Of a stretch of 64,000 nucleotides of DNA, positions 50,270 to 60,800 are shown piece after piece; the first letter of the stretch is position 1, and every line of letters begins with the position of its first letter. A model generated the notes under the pieces. The model was not told the DNA's origin and searched no databases. It was given only the letters and a program-made list of their open reading frames with translations. A program made the translations under genes and the position numbers. The stretch is from Candidatus Sumerlaeaceae bacterium (GTDB lineage Bacteria > Sumerlaeota > Sumerlaeia > Sumerlaeales > Sumerlaeaceae): contig JBPCLP010000009.1 in assembly GCA_051003195.1 (NCBI GenBank), positions 64,001 to 128,000 of the forward strand, given 5' to 3'.

Positions 50270-52363
50270 TTAAGGGAGAGAGAAATTCAAGCTTTGGCCG
50301 CCCGGGTTTTGTTCCAGGGTGGAGGTTGTGGGCAGGGTCCGCCTTGCAGTCCTCAGCTTTTCTATCTGCTTTACTTCGGCAATCACGCGCGGCGCGCGGA
50401 CGGAGGCGTCCGGAATTGCTTTTGCCCATTTTTTCGCAGAGAGCGGATCGTCCGCGAGAAGTGACAGGCCGGTCAGTGCGTGCAGAAGATTTTCCCGGGC
50501 TGCGGGTTCGGTTTCCGCTTTTTCGATATACGCGGCTTCGCTCAGTTCACGCCGGGCGCGTTCGATGGTGGAAGTCGTCAGCTGTCCGCGCCCGAGTGCC
50601 TGCGCGAGTGATGAGTAGTAACCGGCGAGCGACCGTTCGGGGCTGAAGCGCACCGCCTCCTGCATGGCTGAATCAAAATACAGACTGGCTGACAAATGGT
50701 TGCGCGCCGCGAGCGCTTCCTGGCCACCAATGAAGGAGATGCTCCATGGCTGGCGGTTGCTCATGCTCTCGGTAACGTATCGGTCGGCTGCCCGTGTTTC
50801 GAAATCTGCGGCGTCCGTCAATGTTTCCGTGCGCAGGCGCAAGGCATGGCGAAATGCGGCCGAATCCTTATCGAGCGGAGGACGCTGGAAGAGGCTGGCC
50901 ATAAGGTGTGCGACGCGATAATTGACCAGCCGGTTTTCGCCAAGCTGCCGGGCCAGGTCGCGCCAATCAGCGGCGGGTCTCTCTGTTAACGGAAGCAGCT
51001 TATTTCCACGTATCGTCTCAAAAAGCGCGCGTGCAAACAACGCCTGACCTTCCAGCGAGGGATGCAGGTGATCAGCGAACAGCCGCCAGCCGGGCGCTGC
51101 TTCGCCGTGCTCCCGTGCGTCCGCATGGAATGCCGCGTCGACATCGCAGAAGGGCATGTTTTGCGTTTCTGCTATGCGACGGAGCATTTCGTTCAAGGTG
51201 GTGGCAGCGCGCCAGGGCATTGCATCCAGATCACGCGCACGCCGGTAGGCAGCAAGCGCCGCGGTTGTGTCGTTCTGCAAGTCGCACATGCGGCCGAGAT
51301 AAAGCTGCGTTATCGCACTTTCCGGGCAGAGATTCGCCGCTTGTTCGAAGAAGGGACGCGCAATGGCAGGACCCGAACTCATCGCATCGAACGCGCGCTG
51401 GTAGGCAGTGCGAAACTGTGTACGGTATGGCTCGGAACCTGGCTCGATGCTGCGCACCGGCAGCAGGTCTCGCTCATTCGCGGCAAGAGAACACATAACG
51501 ACCTGCACCTTCGCTTTGTACGCGGCAGTGAGCATCGCGTCGATATTCGACGCGAGAGCGGTTTCGGCATTGTCTCGTAGCGGCGATCCGGGAGAGATTT
51601 CAGCGGTTCCCATCAGTTCCATAAGGGTTTCGCTCGTCTGGGCATCCGGCTGTGCCTTGCGCGCACGCGCAGTTGCGACCGTTTCAGCTACTGCAAGCAG
51701 CCCCTGCCCGATCCCTGTGGATCGCCACCACTGGGCCAGCTGCATCTGCCACGCAGAAGAACCGACGCTTTGGGCGGAGGCGACACCAAACGCGCCGTAG
51801 TACTCATTGTGCCCGGCGTAGATAATGATTAGATCGGGTTCGAGCGCGCATATTTCACGTACAACTCGCCGCAATGGAAAGCTGGCGATGGCCGTGATGC
51901 CGGTATTGATAACCTCAACCCGATAGCCGGGCTCTAAGGAGTGCTCGAGGTATTTATCGAGAAATGAGGCCGCGCTGAGATTCGGCGGGAAAGGGAAGCC
52001 CTGCACGCTGGATTCTCCCACCATGAAAACGCGTAACAGCTTTGCCGGTTTCGGCATAAGCACGCGTTGAGGTACAATGGAACCGACCATGCGCGATTGC
52101 CCGCCCTTTGCCAGGCGTTGGCCAAAGTACGGCCACAGCGCATCGGAAGAGTAGTTCAGCAGCTTGCTGCCAGATGCGCTCTCAAGATAGGGAACGAAAA
52201 AGGGTGGAAGGCTGCCAAAGCCTTTGAGGCGCAACGCCGTCTCCGCGCCAAGCACCACAACAATTAAAGGCAACAAAGAGAACAGAAACAGTTTAAGCCG
52301 CGAAATTCTTTTCTTTGCTGGTGTGCCCCTGGACCTGGAAATGGGTTTGCTAAAATTTGGCAT
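50270..52363 (-). CDS. Membrane-anchored SGNH/GDSL hydrolase-like protein with TPR
   Basis: N-terminal TM; VGESS, YAGHNEYYG, FADHLHP; TPR-like helices. Confidence 0.8.
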   Translation of the reverse strand: MPNFSKPISRSRGTPAKKRISRLKLFLFSLLPLIVVVLGAETALRLKGFGSLPPFFVPYLESASGSKLLNYSSDALWPYFGQRLAKGGQSRMVGSIVPQRVLMPKPAKLLRVFMVGESSVQGFPFPPNLSAASFLDKYLEHSLEPGYRVEVINTGITAIASFPLRRVVREICALEPDLIIIYAGHNEYYGAFGVASAQSVGSSAWQMQLAQWWRSTGIGQGLLAVAETVATARARKAQPDAQTSETLMELMGTAEISPGSPLRDNAETALASNIDAMLTAAYKAKVQVVMCSLAANERDLLPVRSIEPGSEPYRTQFRTAYQRAFDAMSSGPAIARPFFEQAANLCPESAITQLYLGRMCDLQNDTTAALAAYRRARDLDAMPWRAATTLNEMLRRIAETQNMPFCDVDAAFHADAREHGEAAPGWRLFADHLHPSLEGQALFARALFETIRGNKLLPLTERPAADWRDLARQLGENRLVNYRVAHLMASLFQRPPLDKDSAAFRHALRLRTETLTDAADFETRAADRYVTESMSNRQPWSISFIGGQEALAARNHLSASLYFDSAMQEAVRFSPERSLAGYYSSLAQALGRGQLTTSTIERARRELSEAAYIEKAETEPAARENLLHALTGLSLLADDPLSAKKWAKAIPDASVRAPRVIAEVKQIEKLRTARRTLPTTSTLEQNPGGQSLNFSLP

Positions 52364-52409
52364 TACGCGCTGCAGCCGCAATTAGATTTTGTGCAACTTC
52401 AAACACAAA

Positions 52410-52437
52410 GGCCGCACAACCCGTAGGTTGCGCGGCC
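52410..52437 (-). terminator. Probable terminator hairpin
   Basis: ggccgcacaacc/ggttgcgcggcc stem with a T-rich tail on the minus strand. Confidence 0.65.
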
Positions 52438-52462
52438 CGGTGCTTAAGTTGATGGAGTACTT

Positions 52463-53185
52463 CTACTCGACAGAAAATCCTGAAATCGTTACAGGTACGG
52501 CCGCTGCAGATGTAGGCGTCGCCAGTACTGTCACGGTAGACCAGTCTGTAGCATTTGTCTGAGAAGGAACGGCGTCCTGTCCATTGTCACTACCTCCGCC
52601 CCCTGTGTCGGTTCCCTGCACTTGGATCGTTGCTGGATTGCCGAGGGCCGCGCGAGTAACACTCCATTCCACGCCTGCATTGCCGCCGTTGCCGCTGTTG
52701 CTGAATGCGAAGCTGGAACCGGCGCCAACGACATCCCAAGCGCTTGTACCTGTGTTCCAATGGTGAAATTGGCTGCCACCACCGCCATCCACCCACGCAC
52801 TCAGGACGTACTGCGGAGAAAACGATCCACCCGCGCGGATAGCACGACCCCATGGATCGGACGTCGTGTTACCGACGCCACCATTGTCAGTCTGGATATA
52901 AATCTTGTATTTACCCCAGTCATTGACCGTTGCCGTGAAAGGCGTATCCACGGTCATGGCAATGTGGATTATGCCGCCGCTCTCAGCAACGTACAAATCC
53001 TGCAAATCCAAATTTTGATTGTTGCCCGCGCCACCTTCATCGCCAGGCGCAGTCCATGGAGTGGTTGGATCAGAAGCCGCCGCCGCCCCCAAATCGCTAA
53101 CTATTCCATCCAATGTCAGAGCCGACGCGGTACCAGTAATGGACGCAGCAGCCAATGCCCCAAGTGCAAAAATCTTAATCTTCAT
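52463..53185 (-). CDS. Secreted DOMON-like (carbohydrate-binding?) protein
   Basis: Signal peptide; LDG..SD, DLQDLYV, IYIQTD, GVEWSV; ends VPVTISGFSVE. Confidence 0.7.
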   Translation of the reverse strand: MKIKIFALGALAAASITGTASALTLDGIVSDLGAAAASDPTTPWTAPGDEGGAGNNQNLDLQDLYVAESGGIIHIAMTVDTPFTATVNDWGKYKIYIQTDNGGVGNTTSDPWGRAIRAGGSFSPQYVLSAWVDGGGGSQFHHWNTGTSAWDVVGAGSSFAFSNSGNGGNAGVEWSVTRAALGNPATIQVQGTDTGGGGSDNGQDAVPSQTNATDWSTVTVLATPTSAAAVPVTISGFSVE

Positions 53186-53304
53186 ATGCGTTCCTTCCTA
53201 CCATTGTTTTCAAAAACTTCGAAGCCGAAAAACCCCGGAACCCGCAATCAGGCTCTCGACGTCTTGCTTCTTCTACCTTTTCACCATAAGGGTATAGCAT
53301 ATAC

Positions 53305-53333
53305 AATAGAATTGGACCGGTTAAAATTCTATT
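53305..53333. promoter_or_regulatory. Putative LacI-family operator
   Basis: aatagaattggACCGGTtaaaattctatt near-palindrome between divergent genes. Confidence 0.6.
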
Positions 53334-53346
53334 TGAAGTGTAGGAA

Positions 53347-54441
53347 TTGTCTGACATAGAATATACGGCAACGTCTGGAGAAATCGCCATCCGTACTGAC
53401 GAGAAAACCAAGCCAGCCAAGCGGTACACCATCCGCGATATCGCTGAAATGGCTGGAGTTAGCCGTGCGACCGTGTCACTGGCGATGAACGGCTCGCCCA
53501 AGGTCAACGCCAGGACGCGCGAGCAGGTGCTGGCGCTGATCGAGCGTGTGGGCTACCGCCCTAACCAGACGGCGCGCAACCTGGCGAACCGCCGCAGCGG
53601 AACTATCCTCGTCATCCTGCCGAAAATCGACCACGTGTTTTCAGACGTTTACTTCTCGGAGTGCCTGAGCGGTATCATCGAAGTGACGACGCCGCGGCAG
53701 TACCATATGATGGTGGATCTGGCGACGCAGGACTTCAAGGATGACAAAAAACCGCTGATGCTGTTTGAACAGGGGGCGATTGACGGCGTTCTGTGCGTCG
53801 GGAATCTTTCTACGGATACCTACCTGACCGACCTGGTACTGGCGGGTTGCCCCGTGTTGCTGGTGAACAGTTCGATACCGGGCATTCCCAACGTGCTGGG
53901 TGACAACGCGAGCGCCGCGGAGCAGGCAGTCGAGCACCTGTATGGTCTCGGTCACCGGCGCATCGGACACATTCGCGGTCCGAAGGTGGTGACCACGGCG
54001 ATGGATCGCACCGAAGGTTACTTGCGCGCGCTGAAGAAGCTCGGCCTGCCCGATGAGAAAAGCCTGATCGCCGAGGGTTACTTCGACGAGAATTCCGGCT
54101 ATGAGGCGTTCCAGTGGCTGATGAAGCAGCCGAAGCCGCCGACGGCAATCTTCACGACGAACGATATCATGGCGCTCGGTGCGTTGCGCGCCGCGCGCGA
54201 GATGGGAATTCGTGTGCCGGAAGACGTGGCGCTGTTCGGGGGCGACGATATCCCGTTCGCGCGCCACGTGCAGCCACCGCTGTCGACGATCCGGCAGGCG
54301 ATGGATGCGATGGGTGTGGCGGCGTGCGAGAAACTTTTCCAGCAGATGGACAGCCGGGACTTCGAGCAGACAACGCTGGTGCCGCTGGAGCTGGTGGTGC
54401 GCGAGAGCTGCGGCGCAAAGGTTGCGGCGGGTGCCGCTTAG
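53347..54441 (+). CDS. LacI-family transcriptional regulator
   Basis: TIRDIAEMAGVSRATVS, YRPNQTAR, PPLSTI. Confidence 0.96.
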   Translation: MSDIEYTATSGEIAIRTDEKTKPAKRYTIRDIAEMAGVSRATVSLAMNGSPKVNARTREQVLALIERVGYRPNQTARNLANRRSGTILVILPKIDHVFSDVYFSECLSGIIEVTTPRQYHMMVDLATQDFKDDKKPLMLFEQGAIDGVLCVGNLSTDTYLTDLVLAGCPVLLVNSSIPGIPNVLGDNASAAEQAVEHLYGLGHRRIGHIRGPKVVTTAMDRTEGYLRALKKLGLPDEKSLIAEGYFDENSGYEAFQWLMKQPKPPTAIFTTNDIMALGALRAAREMGIRVPEDVALFGGDDIPFARHVQPPLSTIRQAMDAMGVAACEKLFQQMDSRDFEQTTLVPLELVVRESCGAKVAAGAA

Positions 54442-54455
54442 CAAATCGAAAAGCA

Positions 54456-54536
54456 AACCACAGAAGCGCAGAGACACAGAGCTTTCACAGAGTTCCTTTC
54501 AGGGTGCTTCCTCTGTGTCTCAGTGCCTCTGTGGTT
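54456..54536. repeat. 26-bp imperfect inverted repeat
   Basis: aaccacagaagcgcagagacacagag / ctctgtgtctcagtgcctctgtggtt, 3 mismatches. Confidence 0.85.
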
Positions 54537-55968
54537 AGTTTTTGGCCGCCTCGGCTTCGTTTACCGGATTTAATATCCGCTCGGTCATGGCGGTTTCGAT
54601 TTTCTTGAGCGCATCCGCAGCGGACTGCTTGCCCTGGAGGACAAGATTGATCTCGGGGTTGAAGATTTCGGTTTCCAGGGTCCCGACAAAGGGCAGCGCC
54701 GGCAGAGGCCGCGCGAGGCGCACCTGCTCGATGAAGGTGGGCACCTCCGGGAATTTGGCAAGGTTGAGGTTTTCCTGCGCCTTGAGAAGAACGGGAATCT
54801 GCCCGAGATCTTCCGCCCAGCGGCGCTGAACCGCATCGCTTGTGAAATAGAGCGCGAACGCGACGGCAATATCCGGACGCCGGCAGGTGGTAGTAACCAC
54901 GAGATTCTGTCCGCCGATGTTTCCCGCCGACAAATGCTGCGCGGCAGTGGATTCGTTGGTAGCGTCCTGCGGCACAAGGCCCAGCGTTTTTGCCTCGCCA
55001 AGCGGCACGCGAGGCAGAAGCGCGACTCCAAAATCCAGGCCCGACGAGCGGAAGTTTTCAACCATCCATGGGCCTGTCAGTACCATCGCGTACTTCTCGT
55101 TCTGAAATCCCTGGTCGGGGTTCAGGTTCCCATCGCGCCATGCCCCGCCCTCGACCTTGTCTTTCTGGTAAAGGTTCACTTTGCGTTCAATCGCCTGCAC
55201 AGCGTGGGTTTCCAGCAGCGTGGCACGCAGCTTACCATCCTCGCCGCGGCGTATTATTTCCACGCCATACTGGTTGAGGAACGGCATCGTGAACCAGAGG
55301 GAGTTGTTCATGCCGAAGCCAAACTGACCCTTGCCCGGATCCGTAAGTACACGTGCAACGTGAATGAACTCGTCCCAGTCGCGCGGCGCGCGATCATCGG
55401 GCAGCCCTGCCGCGCGAAGCTGCCCGCTGTGCGCTTTGAACATGCGCTTGTTCCAGAACAGCGCGAGCGAAGTGGTTTGCGCCGGGATGCCATAAAGGTG
55501 TGTGGCGCCTTTGAAGTGGACGACGTTGGTGTCAAACGCGCCCGGCACATAACGCTCCCGAAGCGACTGGATGTCTGTAGTGGGTGTGTCAGGAATCGTA
55601 TCGAGCGCGAGGGCAGCGCCGCCGTAAGCCAGTGGAACCATCTTGTTGGCATCGACAAATACCATGTCGGGGAGGAGCCGGGCAGGCGCAGCAGATTTTA
55701 CCTTCCGCACCATTTCATCGAACGGAACCTGGTCGATCCGAATCGTCAGGGGATCTTCCGGATGTTTCGCGTTCCACTCTCGAGTGAAATTGTCGACGTT
55801 CTGCTTCAACATCGAAACTTCCGAAAACTTAAACCCCTGCCACAATGACAACGTAATCGGCGAGGCGACACATAAACTGCATTGAATAACGGTTAGCAAA
55901 AAGAGCAGTTGTGCGGCAACTTGCGCATTTTGAATTCTGAATTCAGAATTCTTAATGGTAGCGGTCAT
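54535..55968 (-). CDS. Sugar ABC transporter substrate-binding protein
   Basis: [29 protein letters not shown] overlap with the permease. Confidence 0.9.
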   Translation of the reverse strand: MTATIKNSEFRIQNAQVAAQLLFLLTVIQCSLCVASPITLSLWQGFKFSEVSMLKQNVDNFTREWNAKHPEDPLTIRIDQVPFDEMVRKVKSAAPARLLPDMVFVDANKMVPLAYGGAALALDTIPDTPTTDIQSLRERYVPGAFDTNVVHFKGATHLYGIPAQTTSLALFWNKRMFKAHSGQLRAAGLPDDRAPRDWDEFIHVARVLTDPGKGQFGFGMNNSLWFTMPFLNQYGVEIIRRGEDGKLRATLLETHAVQAIERKVNLYQKDKVEGGAWRDGNLNPDQGFQNEKYAMVLTGPWMVENFRSSGLDFGVALLPRVPLGEAKTLGLVPQDATNESTAAQHLSAGNIGGQNLVVTTTCRRPDIAVAFALYFTSDAVQRRWAEDLGQIPVLLKAQENLNLAKFPEVPTFIEQVRLARPLPALPFVGTLETEIFNPEINLVLQGKQSAADALKKIETAMTERILNPVNEAEAAKN

Positions 55969-56873
55969 TCCTTCACGCCTCCCGCGGTCAATCCTGCGAT
56001 GAAATAGCGTTGGGCCAGAAGGAACAACAGCGCCACCGGGAAAATGGAGAAGCACGCGCCGGCCATCATTCGCTCCCATTGCGTGGCCCACTGTCCTTTG
56101 AAATAGCTGAGCCCCACAGGCAGTGTGATGTGTGGCGAGTTCGGCGTGTTGACGATGAGCTGCCAGAGGAAATTAGACCACTGTCCCACGAACGTCAGCA
56201 GAAACAGCGTGATGACGATGGGGATCGAGAGAGGGACGACGATTTGCGCAAACGTCCGAATCTCACCCGCCCCGTCGACGCGTGCGGCTTCGAGCAAACT
56301 GTCGGGCAATGCGCGGATGTGCTGCCGCAGCAGGAATAATCCGAAGACGTTAGCCGCATGTGGCACGATCATTCCGGCGTAGGTGTTGATCCAGTGCAGC
56401 TTAAGAACGGTCGCATACTGCGGGACCATGAACACAAGCCCGGGCACCAGCATCACGGCGATCAGCAGCGCGAACAATTTGTCGCGACCGGCGAACTTCT
56501 TTTTTGCGAAACCGTAGCCAGCCATCGTGCACAGGACGATGGTAAGGAGCCCGCACCCGCTCGCGACCACAAAGCTGTTCCACACGTAACGATAGAAGGG
56601 AAAGTCTTTATCGAAAAGCACCGCCGCGAAATTACCGACGGTGTACATCTGCTCTCCTGGATTCGGGATGAACCTGAGTGCCAGACCGAAACCCGGCGCT
56701 TTGAATGCGGTGAGCACCATCCAGATGAGGGGCAGGTGAACGAGCACCAGCAAAGGCAGGACGATGGCATAGAAGAGCGCGGCACCGCGGCGCCTGACCC
56801 AGCGCGTATTGGAGACCTGGAGGTCACGCAACCGATCGCTGCTATAGGGACCGTGCGATGTCGTTGCGTTCAT
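55965..56873 (-). CDS. Carbohydrate ABC permease (MalG-type)
   Basis: EAARVDGAG loop, QRYFIAGL. Confidence 0.95.
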   Translation of the reverse strand: MNATTSHGPYSSDRLRDLQVSNTRWVRRRGAALFYAIVLPLLVLVHLPLIWMVLTAFKAPGFGLALRFIPNPGEQMYTVGNFAAVLFDKDFPFYRYVWNSFVVASGCGLLTIVLCTMAGYGFAKKKFAGRDKLFALLIAVMLVPGLVFMVPQYATVLKLHWINTYAGMIVPHAANVFGLFLLRQHIRALPDSLLEAARVDGAGEIRTFAQIVVPLSIPIVITLFLLTFVGQWSNFLWQLIVNTPNSPHITLPVGLSYFKGQWATQWERMMAGACFSIFPVALLFLLAQRYFIAGLTAGGVKE

Positions 56874-57808
56874 GCCTTCTCACGACCGAGAAGGCGGAAG
56901 TTCACAAACGCAATTACCAGTGCAATGATGAGCATCAGGAAGGACATGGCGGCGGCGTGTCCATAGAACGACTCGTCAAAAAATCGATACATGTGAAAGC
57001 CCGAGACACGCGCGGCCTGGACTGTGTTACCGAAGAACGAAAACGCCGGACCTCCCGTCGCATTGGTCAGCGCGTAAACCTCGGTAAAGCTGTTCAGTAC
57101 GCCGACCAGGCCTGTGACAGACAGGAACAGAATCATGGGCCGCAAAAGCGGGATTGTGACCCGAAAGAGTTTCTGCGACCCGGTGGCGCCGTCGATATCC
57201 GCGGCTTCGAAAATGTCTTCGGGTATATTGTTGAGCGCGGTGAGAAACAGCACCATGCCGAATCCCATCGTCTTAAGCACCATGGCAAATGCGATGCTCG
57301 GCAGGATAGTAATTGGGTTGTCGATGAATCCATTTTTTGTGAACCAGTCGATGCCAAAAAAACGGAAGAACGCGGAGATAGGTCCGGCGCCTGGATTGAA
57401 GAGCAGCAGCCAGATCACACCGACGACAAAAGCGTCGAAAACATGCGGCAGAAAGAAAAGCCCACGCAGCGAGCGATAACCCGGCAGGCGAGTGCCGCTG
57501 AGTGTAAGCGCCAGAGCAAGTGACGCTGCGATCATTGCGGGGATAAACAGCACGGCATAAATCATCGTGGCCAGCAGCGAGTACCAGAACACCGGGCTGT
57601 GCAGCAGATCGATGTAGTTGCCCAGCCCGACGAATTTCATCCCGCCGAACTCGTCGAACCAGCTCGCGTACAGGCCAGTTTCGCGCAGGCTCAGGTAGAA
57701 CGAATAGCCAACCGGAAAAATCAGAAAAACCAACGCCACCAGCAGGAACGGTCCAACAAAGAACCACCCCCACAGGGTGTCAGAGGGACCGAGGCGGGCT
57801 GTGCGCAT
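56870..57808 (-). CDS. Carbohydrate ABC permease (MalF-type)
   Basis: [16 protein letters not shown] loop. Confidence 0.95.
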   Translation of the reverse strand: MRTARLGPSDTLWGWFFVGPFLLVALVFLIFPVGYSFYLSLRETGLYASWFDEFGGMKFVGLGNYIDLLHSPVFWYSLLATMIYAVLFIPAMIAASLALALTLSGTRLPGYRSLRGLFFLPHVFDAFVVGVIWLLLFNPGAGPISAFFRFFGIDWFTKNGFIDNPITILPSIAFAMVLKTMGFGMVLFLTALNNIPEDIFEAADIDGATGSQKLFRVTIPLLRPMILFLSVTGLVGVLNSFTEVYALTNATGGPAFSFFGNTVQAARVSGFHMYRFFDESFYGHAAAMSFLMLIIALVIAFVNFRLLGREKA

Positions 57809-57854
57809 CAGTCAGGTGTTGGCACGTGCAACTTGCCGGAGGCAAGCAAAGCTC

Positions 57855-60800
57855 TCACCGGTAGAGCATCCAGTCCGCAATGGTGGTAACCAGCGGGTTG
57901 ACCGTGCCTGGCGTCGGCGCGCGCACGGCCCAGTCGGAAGCAACATTTGTATCGGTCGAGGACGGATTTCGCGCGAGCGACTGGTTCGCCGTGCCGTCAT
58001 GCGATGTTGAGTTACCACCAAAGATCGTCCCCGCAGGAGAAATATCCGAGGAATTCTGACCGGTGTTGGAGTTCCAGCGGACGTAGTCGATTCCCAGGCC
58101 ATACGGATCCATGAGCGCCACGGAGCCCGCCCGCGCGGAATTCCATGGAATATTACTGCCCAGGTTGAGCGAACCAGCCGGCGGCGTTGGAGCAAGTGCG
58201 GCGTCGGAAACCACGATGTAGCTGCCGGCCGGAGAATTGGCGCCACTGAGCGGCAACTGCGCCGAGACACCACTCGCGTCTGTCCAGCGCAGGCTCCATG
58301 TTCCAAGGTTTACGGCAGAGCCCGTTGGATTATAGATTTCGGCCCAGTCGGTGTTGCCGTTATTGGCTTCGTTCAATACCAGCGCCGGCTGCGCAGGAAA
58401 ACGTGCGACGGCCTCGATCGTCTGGGACGTGGTGAATGCATTCGAACTGTTCTCGGGCAGCGGGTTGGGGCTCGGGAAGGACGTGTCGGAAGTTGTGACC
58501 GCGACGAAAGCCATTCCGCGTGGATTTGCGTTGGCGAGCTGACTCAGAGGAATGGAGACTTCGAAGCCGGTCGGTCCGGCAATGTTGGTGCCCGTGGCCC
58601 CGGGGTAACTTCCGAAACCGGTGCCGAATGCAATGCTTGCGGACAACTCTGCAAACGCGGATGGATTGCCGGCGACTCCGCCGCTGCCAAGGCCGAACAC
58701 CTTCGCGCTGAGCGGACTGGTTCCGGTGATGACCACCGCCGCATCGAAGCCGATGCCCTGCGCAATCAGCGCCGAGTTTACATCGAACCCGGAGTTCCTG
58801 ACAAGTGAACGCAGTGCATCGCCAGTGTCCGACAAGTCCGAAGTGGTCCACATGTGCCGGGCCCCGGTCGAGGATGTGGAGTCGACGTCGATGTAAACGA
58901 TAGTGGCATTGTTGTTCGGATCAGCGCCGTTAAAAATGTCTCCCCGAACGGCGAGGTATAACGTATTGTTGGCCACGCGTGCGTGGAACTCTGTAAGGCT
59001 GCCGTCGGATCCGAAGTCCGTCACGGGGCTTGGTACCGTGGTTCCACCATTGGCAGGGGAAACCGCAAGGGGTGTGCGGTCGAAGAACTCGGAAATATTT
59101 CCGTTAATCAGGGGCGTCGTGGTTTGTACGGCACTTGGGAAGCCCGTGATTGAAATCGTCGTGGAAGCTTCGGAAGCGATGCCTCCGCCATCCAGGCCCG
59201 TGCTTGCAATCGCGCGTATCGTGTAGATGCCGTTCGTCACATTCAGGCCAGAGAGATTATCGGACGCCAGGTAACTGCTGACGGCACTTTGCAGGGTGAC
59301 ATTCGTGCTGGCCGGCAGATTGATTCCCTGCAGTAGCTGATACGGCGTGCTGCCTCCCGGCTGTGACAGATAAGCCTGTGCGCTGCGCGCGTTAAACCCA
59401 ATCGCTGCGTTGACCGTTACGGACGTTGGCGTATTTAACGTCGCGCCCGCGGACGGACTGAAAATTACAACGCCTGGCCCTGTCACGCTTTCCGGCACGG
59501 TAATCAAAGCCGGCACGGAATTTTGCGGCGAGGCGCCGCTGGTGAGCACCGCGCGCGCCGTCATACTGTGGACACCGGTGGTGTAGCCGCGCCAGACGAA
59601 GCGGAACTCGTCGTACTGGTCGCCAAGGTTCTGGTCGTTCTGCACCAGCGCGTTGATCGGTGGTAGCAGCGATGCGTTATACGGAACAGCCGTGTAGGTG
59701 ATGCCGTCGACGTCGAGGTAAACCGAAAAGTTTGAAGGGAAGTTAATACCGGCCGTTTTATCCACGCGGATCACGAAATCATTCGTATAAGCATTCGAAT
59801 TAATCGTGGCAGGAAGCGGCTGGAAATTGACGGATGCAGCTCCGGCATCGGTATCGATACCAAATGCCATGGGCGGCTGCGGGATAATCGCCTGGATCGG
59901 TTCGAAACGCGTGATACTCGAAGTGCCCGTCGGTTCAAACGCCACGATCGTGATGCTGTGGGTGCCACCGGTAATGTTGTTCCATGTATAGCGGAACTCA
60001 CCACGGTCTACCTTGGTCATCTGGTTGCCGACGTTTACGTTTCCAAGGAAGTTGTAACTGGAGGGCTGGTCAAAGAACACGTGCATGGAATTAGCCGTGT
60101 TGTCGGCCGATTTCGCAATGACCCCATAGCTTTGCGACAGCACGTCACTCGTCCCGGTCGTCGACGGGAAGAGAAGTGAAACGGTCGGCGACGTACGATC
60201 CAGGTAAATTGCGGTGCGCGCGCTGGAGTATACCGCGGGCGCGCCAAGTGGACGCGGCAGGAATGCCACCGTCTCCAGGAAATGAAGTCCTTCCGTCATC
60301 GTCGTCGTGTTCACGTTCAGGGTGTAGGTGCCTGTGCCTGCCGAAGCGCGCGGGCTGGCGCTTCCCGTGAACGCTTCGAACCCGGCAAATTCGCCAGTCG
60401 TTACGAGAAGGCCGGGGTTAGCGTCGATCGGCAATCCACCATCCAGCCGTATCAGCGCGTTGTCCTCCGCGATGGTCGGGGACGTTTGCGCGGTAACTGT
60501 GAAACTGTTACCTTTAATGACCTGTAGAGGCGTGTGCCTGCGGCTGCCGTTGGGCACACTCGCGGATTCCGGCGCGAGCACGCTGGTTACGCCGCTCAGC
60601 GTATGGCTGTGCGTCGGCGCGGCAAGCCCGTACATGATATAACCCTTGTTGTGCGAGGTGGTATTCGTCCTGTTACGCGGGACCCGCAGCGTCACGATGC
60701 CATTTGCCGGGACAACGAGCGTCGCAGGAAAATCGCCATTCGCGTTGATTACTGGATCGCTCGCGGCACCCGAGAGCTCTGTCAGCGTCACATTTGAAAA

